Assembly: GCA_041658125.1 (NCBI GenBank)
Contig: JBBAAS010000001.1
Span: 15,917 to 79,916, forward strand
Reading direction: 5' to 3'
DNA: 64,000 nt
Source of the DNA: Candidatus Shapirobacteria bacterium
GTDB lineage: Bacteria > Patescibacteriota > Microgenomatia > UBA12405
Below, in pieces: positions 28,650 through 37,033 of this stretch. Each line of letters starts with the position of its first letter. Positions within the stretch are counted from its first letter, which is position 1. The translations under genes were made by a program, and so were the position numbers. A model generated the notes under the pieces. That model was not told the DNA's origin. It saw nothing but the letters and a program-made list of their open reading frames with translations, and did no database searches.

Positions 28650-30554
28650 ATGAATTTAGGTATTTATTTAGTTCCAATTGTATTTTTTTTGAAGCTTGGT
28701 TTAGTTGCGTTGGTATTTAGCCTTCCTTTAATTATTGATAGATTAAAGAAAAATCTTTCCGTAGACTTAATCTTAGTTTATTTATTTGGTCAAGCAAATT
28801 TAATATTATCGATTTTTATATACAATAGTATTAATTATTTTTGGGATATCAGAAAAATAAGCATTGTTGTTTTTTCTATTGTAGTTTTGGTTGTGGAGTC
28901 AATACTTGTGTTTATTCTTAATAAGAAAGAGTATCTTGCCGAGAAAAAAAGGTTTGTTTTTGGAGATAATTGGAAGTGGTTTATCATCATTTTTATGATA
29001 GTTACAATTTTTTATGGATGGATAAATTCTTTATATTTTGACCGGCAAGAGAATAAAATATTTAATCCAGGGTATGGGATAAACCATGATTATATTGTTG
29101 TTTTGGGAACGTCAAAGGCGTTTTTTAAATATACTAAGGATAGTAGCCTTTTGATAAGGGATTTGTATTATCATTGTTATGAAGCGGGTTATCCGTGTGG
29201 CGGAACACATATAAGTGCTTATTTCTCAGATTTATTTAAAACAGATGTTTACCTTGTTTACCAACGGATTCTAACTTGGTTGTCTGTGTCGACAATATTT
29301 GTGATTAATTATTTTCTTGTGAAATTTTTTCGGAAGGGAAATTTACTTTCCAATATAGTATTAATTTTGGTCTCAGTTGCCAGCGTATTTAATTTTTTGT
29401 CAATGAGTTTCATAGATGCATCAGTTTTTGGTTCCACTGCAGTAATACCCTTTTTATTTTTATCCATATTTCTGACATTACAGTATATTAAAGAAAAGAA
29501 AAATATATACCTATTGCTAATTTTTATAGTTTTGGTAGACATGGTTTATATTTATACCTATTTTGGTGGTATTTATTATTTATTATTTTTGGCGACGGCT
29601 CTCATAATTTATCGGAGAAAATTTTGGGAAGGCTGGAAAATGGTGAAAATAATTGCTTTACTTTTAATAGCATTTATTTTACCTCTAAATCTGCTTCCAG
29701 CAATAAAATTTTTAACAAAACAAGTTGAGTCTCCAGTGAAGGAGGTAAGCTTGTTTAAAGGGATGAATGGTAATATGGCCGGTTTTAATAATCCGATGAC
29801 TGCTTTTTCAATATGGACATCAAACGCAGATTATAGGTTCTATGAAGCAAATTATTATAATACATGGTTGTTTTTTACATTAATGGCACCGATTATCTTT
29901 TTTTTGTTGGTCTCAGAAAAAGATAAAATTATGCTTAATAAAGAAATATTAGTGATCGCATTACCTTTTGCGATAATGATTGGAGTTGGTTTTTGGATAA
30001 CCAAGTCTTCTTATCAAAGTGGGAAGGCTTTACATTGGTGGTCTGATATCTGGCCTTTAATTTTTTATTTATTGCTTTATAAATCACTTTTAGATAAAAG
30101 GATTGTAATAAGATTATTAGTATTTTCATACTGTTTGATATTTTTTTACTACTCTTTTAAGAGTGCTGTTTTTGCTAGTTCATATTTTGGTAAACCGATT
30201 GTGAAGAGTAATTATGAACTTATGAATTTGGAGCCTGAATTATGTAAAGATGACAGTAAACTTTTATTTTTAGGTAGAGATGAGATGTCTAAATATTTTT
30301 TAGATACCTGTAAAAACATAACTTTTTATTATGACAGGTTTGATAATAATGCCGCTTTCTGGGAGATTATAGCATTAAATAAACTTATTAGTTTGGATCA
30401 GAAATGTGAAAATAATAGTTTGAGTTTAACGAAGATTGATTATAGTAGTTATAATGAAGTGTTAGTTGATAAGTGTTTTAAATTTAATAATCCATCGTAT
30501 GTAATTGAAAAAGAATATGAAAACTACAACTTATGGAAACTTAAAAGCTTATGA
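28650..30554 (+). CDS. Large polytopic membrane protein, possible GT-C-type transferase (GtrC position)
   Basis: 634 aa. >12 predicted TM helices plus a C-terminal soluble domain. No family motif recognised by eye. Confidence 0.35.
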   Translation: MNLGIYLVPIVFFLKLGLVALVFSLPLIIDRLKKNLSVDLILVYLFGQANLILSIFIYNSINYFWDIRKISIVVFSIVVLVVESILVFILNKKEYLAEKKRFVFGDNWKWFIIIFMIVTIFYGWINSLYFDRQENKIFNPGYGINHDYIVVLGTSKAFFKYTKDSSLLIRDLYYHCYEAGYPCGGTHISAYFSDLFKTDVYLVYQRILTWLSVSTIFVINYFLVKFFRKGNLLSNIVLILVSVASVFNFLSMSFIDASVFGSTAVIPFLFLSIFLTLQYIKEKKNIYLLLIFIVLVDMVYIYTYFGGIYYLLFLATALIIYRRKFWEGWKMVKIIALLLIAFILPLNLLPAIKFLTKQVESPVKEVSLFKGMNGNMAGFNNPMTAFSIWTSNADYRFYEANYYNTWLFFTLMAPIIFFLLVSEKDKIMLNKEILVIALPFAIMIGVGFWITKSSYQSGKALHWWSDIWPLIFYLLLYKSLLDKRIVIRLLVFSYCLIFFYYSFKSAVFASSYFGKPIVKSNYELMNLEPELCKDDSKLLFLGRDEMSKYFLDTCKNITFYYDRFDNNAAFWEIIALNKLISLDQKCENNSLSLTKIDYSSYNEVLVDKCFKFNNPSYVIEKEYENYNLWKLKSL

Positions 30555-31354
30555 TTTCAATACCATTTCTTTCTAAGAAAGCCAGTATTCCTTTTCCCCC
30601 TTTGGGTATGAGGGAGCTAGTTGGACCAATCAATACCAGCGATTTTGATAACCCTGAAGGGAAATTAATCTACCCTTATTTTAAAGCGAAAGATTATAAA
30701 AAAGTTTTTGATTTTGGGTGTGGTTGCGGGCGGTTGGCTAGGCAATTACTTATGCAAGAGCCTGTTCCTAATAAATATACGGGAATTGATCTCCATCTAG
30801 GGATGATCAATTGGTGTATCACTAACTTGTCACCCTGTAATAAAAATTTTAAATTTATCCATTACGATGTTTATTATAAAGCCTTTAACCCTACCGGCTC
30901 ATCAAAATTGTTACCTTTTCCGGTTGAACACAATCAATATACTCTAGCTCTTGCGCACTCTGTTTTTACTCATCTGATTGAAAAGGAAGTCGACTTTTAT
31001 TTAACAGAAATTACTAATGTCTTATGTGACCATGGGGTCTTTTTTGCCAGTTGGTTTCTTTTTGAAAAAAAATATTTTCCGATGATGCAGGAATTTCAAA
31101 ATTCTCTTTATATTAACCTAGATGATCCTACTAACGCTGTTATTTATGACAAAAATTGGCTTTTAGATATCTATTCTAAACACGGTTTATCTATCGAGAT
31201 TATTAAACCTCCCGGTGCTCGAGGTTTCCAATGGGTTGTTGTTGCCCGTAAGATTAATAGAAAACACCAGACGATTTTCCCTCAAGACGATGCCCCTATC
31301 GGTATAGTCCGAGCGTCATTACTTAAAAAAGAACCCTACAAAATTGGTTTATAG
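30551..31354 (+). CDS. Class I SAM-dependent methyltransferase
   Basis: 267 aa. Motif I VFDFGCGCGRLARQLL. 4-bp overlap with the upstream gene. Confidence 0.7.
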   Translation: MISIPFLSKKASIPFPPLGMRELVGPINTSDFDNPEGKLIYPYFKAKDYKKVFDFGCGCGRLARQLLMQEPVPNKYTGIDLHLGMINWCITNLSPCNKNFKFIHYDVYYKAFNPTGSSKLLPFPVEHNQYTLALAHSVFTHLIEKEVDFYLTEITNVLCDHGVFFASWFLFEKKYFPMMQEFQNSLYINLDDPTNAVIYDKNWLLDIYSKHGLSIEIIKPPGARGFQWVVVARKINRKHQTIFPQDDAPIGIVRASLLKKEPYKIGL

Positions 31355-31390
31355 AGAATATTTTTATCGGTTCCTTAATAAATCCATTTA

Positions 31391-34120
31391 TCAGAAAAGT
31401 TTGTTGATAATATCAAGCCGTTGTTTGATAAGGTTGCCAATTCTTTCTGGGGAGAAATAAGCAGTAACTTCTTCTTTACTTCGTTTGAGAATAGTATTTA
31501 GTTCGGGAGTAGGAAGGTGATAAATTTTATCCATTAGGAAAGAAGCGTGATCTACGTCCGGATCAGCCCAGGTGGTTCCAGCGGGATATGGTCCAATGTC
31601 TTTAGTGAGTATGTATGGAACATGATTAACAAGAAATGTATTTGAATTAGTTTCAAAATCGGTATTACCACTAAAATTAGTAACAATAACAGGTTTACCC
31701 ATCATGTGGGCGTTGATTAAAGGAATTCCCAATCCTTCGGCTCGATGTAAACTGATATAACAATCACAACTTTTCATAAGTGAAATCATTTCTTTTGAGG
31801 AGATATAACTGTCAATTAAGTGAATTTGACTATTATCACCAATTTCATTTTTAATTTTGTTAAATATTTCGCTGGTCGCCAACTTCGTTGTTTTAATTAG
31901 TAATTGGGTGTGTTTATTATTTACGGAAAATTGTTTGAAAGCTTTAATAAGAGCAAAAGGATTTTTTCTTTGCCAAAACGAAGCGGAGTCAAAAATGTTT
32001 AAAAAAATAAAGTCCTGGGGGGAAGTTTTTATTTTATATTTGGCAAAGTCGAATCTGGGGATAGTTGAAGTTAACGGAAGGGTAAATGAAGGTGGTATAC
32101 AGATAACCGGTTTAGGAGATTTTAGACTTATGGCTTTTTGGACGTATGACGTGGCTGTCCAGATTTCATTTACTGGTTCAAAGTTGGGAGAGTAAAGGTC
32201 GGGAAAGATATCTGATTCCCAGTACCAATAGCCTATATTGTATTTAAATTTAATATATTTAGTATGGAGTTGATTCTCGACAACGGATTTTATTTGATCA
32301 GCATTTACACAAATAAGATTTATGGGATGGTTTGATTTGTTGGTAAATTGGTTTTTTAAAGTCTTATTATCTCTTCTAAGCCATGGTTGTTCAATATTAT
32401 TGAGATTTATGGGTATTTGGGACGATTCAAGAGCTTTTATGATGCCTCTGGCTGATTCCCCTACTCCGCTTTCGGTATCTAAATAACCTGAAATGTTACA
32501 ACCAAGATTGCTGACCAGAGGAAATTGTTTTGAAGGCTTGTTGTTTTTGTAAAGTGAACGAAAAATTTTAGTTTTGGAGAGATACTTATCTAAATAAAGA
32601 AACTTAAGAGAAAGAGTAGCTAAGTATAAATAGTAAGGTAGTATAGGGTTAAATAATAATTTACCGTGCTTGTAGTAAAATTCTTGACTTTTAAAAAGTC
32701 TGATGAGTAATAGATTACGAGAAGCATTGTAATTATTTAAATCTTTTAGGTTTTTATTATAACCGTTGGTATCGGGATTGCGATGGAGAATAATTTTGTA
32801 ACTATTAACAACAAAGTCCGAATTGTTTTTATTCCTTTTATCGGCTTCAAGGGCAAAAATAGTTTGGATGGTCGGGATGGGAATATTTTTATTAAAAAAA
32901 GTCTTAAGCGGACCATTATGAAGTTTATTTTGGTTGTTAATAAAATTCTCCGGTGTATTATAAATTGATTTACCATAACTTAGCGACCAATTTATATAGG
33001 AGTTTAGAAGTTGAAGATTATAAGGTTGTTCCAAAGGGAACTCTTTATGGATTTCGCTAATGGATTCATTTAATAATAAAAAGTAATTGAGTACTTTTGT
33101 ATTATCGGGAACAAGGACAATTTTGGAAAGGCAAGCAAAAAATGAATTTTTTGATTTCGTATCAAAAAGGCTAGAAAATTTATCGTTCCCTGTTGAAATA
33201 ATATGGCGATAAATATCTTTTATTTGAGAGGTAATTTCGACACCATTATCAAAACATTGATAGGGGTAATGGTAGTTTTTTATTTCCGGATGAAGATTAT
33301 TATAGTATGTAATTTGTTTGGCATAGTCCTGGAAAAGTTTATTATAAGGGCCAATATTATCCAAAGTAAAACGGTCTTGGTGTTTAGATAAAATACTTTT
33401 TTCGGGAACAAAACCGCTGAAGTGAAAGAAATAAATATCATTCGGTGAAATTGTTCTGATATATTCATGAAGGTTCCAATAGGCAGTGTCGTATCCTTTA
33501 TCCCTCAAAATATAAGTGTTAAGGAAACTTGGAGCAAAATCCATCCATTTTTGGTCGGTAAACATAAAATTATCGATATCGGAATAGGCATAGTTTTTTA
33601 GTTTATCGGCCCACCACTTTAGGAAAGTAGAAACACTAGTAGAGTTTCTAAAAGCGGCAAATCCGAGATTGTAATAGCCACAACCCATGAAGTCCCATTC
33701 ATTTGGTCTTTTTTTGTCGTTAGTAGGTTTTGTTCGATGGGGAATAATTACACATTCATGATTGTCTAGCTCTTCTAAAATTTTATCGATCTTCTTATAG
33801 AAGCAAATATCCGGATCAATGTATAAAACTTTTTGAGCATCATATTTTTTAAACAACCAACTAAATATGAAGGGTTTAACCGCAGTGGCTAGTTCCATGA
33901 GGCTATATTTAAAACACAGTTCTTTGAAATCACTTATGTTGTCGACTTTAGAGATTGGTACAGCTTGATAATTAGGTGATGTTATACAGTCGTCATCAAT
34001 AAAAAAAACTAAAAATTTGTGATCCGGATGGTATTTTTTATAGCTTTTTGCCAATATTTCGGCTTGAGGATAATAATTCCTGGCGATGATGGTAAAAGCT
34101 AATATTTTTGATTTGTTCAT
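31391..34120 (-). CDS. Multidomain glycosyltransferase: N-terminal GT-A-like nucleotide-diphospho-sugar transferase, central DUF4214-like motif, C-terminal GT4 (GT-B)
   Basis: 909 aa. N-terminal FTIIARNYYPQAEILAKSYKKYHPDHKFLVFFIDDD. Central YKIILHRNPDTNGYNKNL ... LFKSQEF (DUF4214-like). C-terminal ISLHRAEGLGIPLINAHMMGKPVIVTNFSGNTDF (GT4). Confidence 0.6.
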   Translation of the reverse strand: MNKSKILAFTIIARNYYPQAEILAKSYKKYHPDHKFLVFFIDDDCITSPNYQAVPISKVDNISDFKELCFKYSLMELATAVKPFIFSWLFKKYDAQKVLYIDPDICFYKKIDKILEELDNHECVIIPHRTKPTNDKKRPNEWDFMGCGYYNLGFAAFRNSTSVSTFLKWWADKLKNYAYSDIDNFMFTDQKWMDFAPSFLNTYILRDKGYDTAYWNLHEYIRTISPNDIYFFHFSGFVPEKSILSKHQDRFTLDNIGPYNKLFQDYAKQITYYNNLHPEIKNYHYPYQCFDNGVEITSQIKDIYRHIISTGNDKFSSLFDTKSKNSFFACLSKIVLVPDNTKVLNYFLLLNESISEIHKEFPLEQPYNLQLLNSYINWSLSYGKSIYNTPENFINNQNKLHNGPLKTFFNKNIPIPTIQTIFALEADKRNKNNSDFVVNSYKIILHRNPDTNGYNKNLKDLNNYNASRNLLLIRLFKSQEFYYKHGKLLFNPILPYYLYLATLSLKFLYLDKYLSKTKIFRSLYKNNKPSKQFPLVSNLGCNISGYLDTESGVGESARGIIKALESSQIPINLNNIEQPWLRRDNKTLKNQFTNKSNHPINLICVNADQIKSVVENQLHTKYIKFKYNIGYWYWESDIFPDLYSPNFEPVNEIWTATSYVQKAISLKSPKPVICIPPSFTLPLTSTIPRFDFAKYKIKTSPQDFIFLNIFDSASFWQRKNPFALIKAFKQFSVNNKHTQLLIKTTKLATSEIFNKIKNEIGDNSQIHLIDSYISSKEMISLMKSCDCYISLHRAEGLGIPLINAHMMGKPVIVTNFSGNTDFETNSNTFLVNHVPYILTKDIGPYPAGTTWADPDVDHASFLMDKIYHLPTPELNTILKRSKEEVTAYFSPERIGNLIKQRLDIINKLF

Positions 34121-35139
34121 TTTTTATTTTTCACTTCTTCGTTTATGAGAGGAGTTGAAATAATTGGGATGGGTAAAGGGTTTTTGCTTATTAATTCGGA
34201 ATGTGCTTGGGAAAGTATATGGAATTCTTTTTGAGTCTTTTTAAGTTCATTTTCAATTAAAGAGTATTGACCGGAAAAAGTTTGATGTAGCTGTTTTTCT
34301 TTTTTTTGAAATTCTAAAGACAGTTGATGATATTGGTCGGAAAATGTCTGATGTAGCTGTTTTTCTTTTTTTTGAAATTCTAAAAATTGTTGATGGTATT
34401 GATAGAGTATGAAGTTATCGCAAACATTGGCTGGTTTATCAAGATACTTTTTAAGACTTTTATATTTAATGTCTAGGTAAAATAGATTAAGACCATCATC
34501 AAGAACTTTAAGATAGTTGTTTCTTGACATAAGTAAATGGCATTTTTGTGGGTGGTTTGTTTCTATTATAATTACTTTTGGCCTGTATTTTAGCCAATTG
34601 TTACTTTTTAATACTTGTTCTTCCAAACCTTCAACATCAACTTTTAAAAAGTCAATTACCTTTGGGAGTGTTAAATGGTCTAAAATATTTTCCAAAGTAT
34701 CGATTTTTACTTTGATATTTTTAAATTTGACTCCATGGGATTTGTGTTTTAAATATAATTGATGCGAAAATGTTGACCACTCTTTTACTGTCAGACAATT
34801 GTAGAAGATTGAAGTTTTTGGTTTTTGACCAATTCCTATATTTAAATTAATATCGTCTTTTCGGACATTGTTAAGTTTTTGAAAAAAAACGGGATTGGGT
34901 TCGATATTAATTCCTTTCCAACCTCTCTGGTGAAAGAGGTGGGTGACTGAATTAATTACTGGATCAGCAGCTCCGATATCGATAAAAAAACCGGAACTGT
35001 TTTGGAAAAAAGCCCGATTGAGAACTATATCTTCGCCATTTTGAGCGTAAGAAATTATCTGTTTTGTTGATCGATTAAAATTATGAAGGTATTCATCATC
35101 TTGATTTTTATTTATATTACGGGGATATTTTGAAGACAT
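34117..35139 (-). CDS. FkbM-family (Methyltransf_21) methyltransferase with repeated coiled-coil C-terminal tail
   Basis: 340 aa. YAQNGEDIVLNRAFF ... FIDIGAADPVINSVTHLF ... GINIEPNPVFF. C-terminal tandem repeat LEFQKKEKQLHQTFS x2. Confidence 0.7.
   Translation of the reverse strand: MSSKYPRNINKNQDDEYLHNFNRSTKQIISYAQNGEDIVLNRAFFQNSSGFFIDIGAADPVINSVTHLFHQRGWKGINIEPNPVFFQKLNNVRKDDINLNIGIGQKPKTSIFYNCLTVKEWSTFSHQLYLKHKSHGVKFKNIKVKIDTLENILDHLTLPKVIDFLKVDVEGLEEQVLKSNNWLKYRPKVIIIETNHPQKCHLLMSRNNYLKVLDDGLNLFYLDIKYKSLKKYLDKPANVCDNFILYQYHQQFLEFQKKEKQLHQTFSDQYHQLSLEFQKKEKQLHQTFSGQYSLIENELKKTQKEFHILSQAHSELISKNPLPIPIISTPLINEEVKNKK
34267..34398. repeat. In-frame ~66-bp tandem duplication (2 units) inside the FkbM methyltransferase gene
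   Basis: TGATGTAGCTGTTTTTCTTTTTTTTGAAATTCTAAA occurs at 34283-34318 and again at 34349-34384, with similar flanks. Encodes two 22-aa repeats. Confidence 0.8.
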
Positions 35140-35143
35140 AAAA

Positions 35144-36349
35144 TTATTTTATTAAAAGATTTAATTGAGAAGAAAACGTATCATAATTGATGGAACTGAA
35201 GATAGTATACTGTTTGAGTATGTTTTTTACAAAGAATTTTTTAAATAGATGTTGATCAATTTGTTTGTCAAACGAAGGGATAGTGGGTGAAAGGTCATAA
35301 AATGCGGAGGATTGGTTGACAATGATGGGGGTACCGTAGTAAATTGCTTCAAAGTTAACGATTCCCAAACTTTCTTCAATTGAAGGGTTAATAAAGATAT
35401 CGATTTGGGAATAAATTTTGGCTTTATCGGATTCGGGGAAATTATAAATAATTTTTAGTTTGTTGGATTTTAAATAGGATTCGAAGTATTTTTCAATTTC
35501 GGACGAACTGCTGGTTTTGGCGCCAGCAAAAAGAACTTGGTAGCCGGCATCGAGAAGATCTTTAAAGATATAAAGATTTTTTCTCGGGCAAATTTGGCCG
35601 ACATAACCGATAATGGGTTTAGAAAAATTATATTTTCTTTTGGTGTTTATTTTGGCTTGTTTTTGTACTTGGTTAATGGTAAACGGACAATAGGTATTGA
35701 TTATAGTTTTTGACTCTATTATTTGATAATTTTTTATAATTTGTTGTTTTTCGAAATTTGTCAGAAAAATAATTTTGGAGGCATAGTCAAAAGCTTTTTG
35801 AAAAAAGGGAGAGTGATTGTAGTAAGAAACGTTGTGATAGGCAGGCAGAACAATGAGAGGTTTTTGATATTTTTTGGCAAAAACGTAGGCGTCGTAGATG
35901 GACTTGGTAGGCATACCAAAACCCATGATGATGTCTGATTTTTTGATAATGTCGATATCTTGTGGGGTATATTGAAGTATCGGGCCGAAAAAGAATGGAG
36001 AGAAAATACCGAACTTGGTGACAAAACGGTGAAGAAATTTGTTAGCAAACCTTTGGGTTTGACGGTGAAGCGAAAGACGATGGATGTGTGAGAGCTTTAG
36101 CGCGTTGGGGCCGGAGCGCGTTTCGGTGTTGGAGTCAATATAGTTGGAGAAAGTTTTGTAGCTATCCAAAGTTAAACCTTGGCCGGTGAAAACATGAACG
36201 GTAAATTTTTGATCAAGAATTTTTTTGATTTCACCGACGAGATATTCGACACCGCCTTTGGCCGGGGGAAAACAATGGACAAAAATGGAGATAACGGGCT
36301 TAGGGGTGGTCATTAAGATATTGCTGACAGATTTCTTTTGACGGGCCAA
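35144..36349 (-). CDS. Glycosyltransferase family 4 (GT-B)
   Basis: 401 aa. C-terminal FINPSIEESLGIVNFEAIYYGTPIIVNQSS. The start may be the internal Met (MTTPKPVISIF, ~36313), reducing overlap with the upstream ABC ATPase gene. Confidence 0.75.
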   Translation of the reverse strand: MARQKKSVSNILMTTPKPVISIFVHCFPPAKGGVEYLVGEIKKILDQKFTVHVFTGQGLTLDSYKTFSNYIDSNTETRSGPNALKLSHIHRLSLHRQTQRFANKFLHRFVTKFGIFSPFFFGPILQYTPQDIDIIKKSDIIMGFGMPTKSIYDAYVFAKKYQKPLIVLPAYHNVSYYNHSPFFQKAFDYASKIIFLTNFEKQQIIKNYQIIESKTIINTYCPFTINQVQKQAKINTKRKYNFSKPIIGYVGQICPRKNLYIFKDLLDAGYQVLFAGAKTSSSSEIEKYFESYLKSNKLKIIYNFPESDKAKIYSQIDIFINPSIEESLGIVNFEAIYYGTPIIVNQSSAFYDLSPTIPSFDKQIDQHLFKKFFVKNILKQYTIFSSINYDTFSSQLNLLIK

Positions 36350-37031
36350 AATTAATTAAGTTTGAATGTTTCAGATAAATAGCCCTAGGGCAGAATAACT
36401 CAACTTGGGGCATGGAGTGGGAAACAAAAAGAATAGTGACGCCAGATTTTTTAAATTCTTCCATTTTGGTAAAACATTTGGCTTGAAATTCGGTGTCGCC
36501 GACGGCCAGGATTTCGTCAACAATAAGAATTTCCGGATCGACGTGGACAGCGATGCTAAAAGCCAAACGCATATACATGCCGGAAGAGTAATGCTTGATA
36601 GGCTGATCGATAAACTCCTGTAATTCGGAAAAATCGACAATACTTTTAAAATATTGTTCAATTTGTTTACGTTTTAAGCCTAATATGGCGCCATTGAGAA
36701 AAATATTCTCCCGGCCGGTGAGTTCGGGGTGCATGCCGGCGCCAAGTTCAATGAGGGGGGATACTTTACCGCTGACAGTGACTTTGCCTTTGGTGGGTGA
36801 CATAACGCCGGCAATAAGCTTAAGAATAGTAGATTTGCCGGAACCATTGGGGCCGATGATACCGATAGTCTCTCCCCTATCGATGGTGAAGTTAATGTCG
36901 TTAAGAGCGGTGAATTTTTGACGGGTTTGCTCGCCGCGAATCAGAGCCGGGATAAATTCCTTGAAGGTTTTTTGACTTTGAAGGTCAAAATCTTTGGTGA
37001 CATGGGAAAATTTAATAATAGGTTCGTTCAT
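36300..37031 (-). CDS. wzt: ABC transporter ATP-binding protein, Wzt/TagH/KpsT-like (no C-terminal carbohydrate-binding domain)
   Basis: 243 aa. Walker A GIIGPNGSGKSTILKLIAG, signature YSSGMYMRLAF, Walker B ILIVDEILAVGD. Confidence 0.85.
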   Translation of the reverse strand: MNEPIIKFSHVTKDFDLQSQKTFKEFIPALIRGEQTRQKFTALNDINFTIDRGETIGIIGPNGSGKSTILKLIAGVMSPTKGKVTVSGKVSPLIELGAGMHPELTGRENIFLNGAILGLKRKQIEQYFKSIVDFSELQEFIDQPIKHYSSGMYMRLAFSIAVHVDPEILIVDEILAVGDTEFQAKCFTKMEEFKKSGVTILFVSHSMPQVELFCPRAIYLKHSNLINFGPSKEICQQYLNDHP

Positions 37032-37033
37032 AG

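Noticed and set aside
34267-34398. Possible CRISPR-like or phase-variable intergenic repeat
   Set aside because: There are only two units. It lies inside a coding frame and is in-frame. There are no spacers and no cas genes. It is treated as an intragenic tandem duplication.
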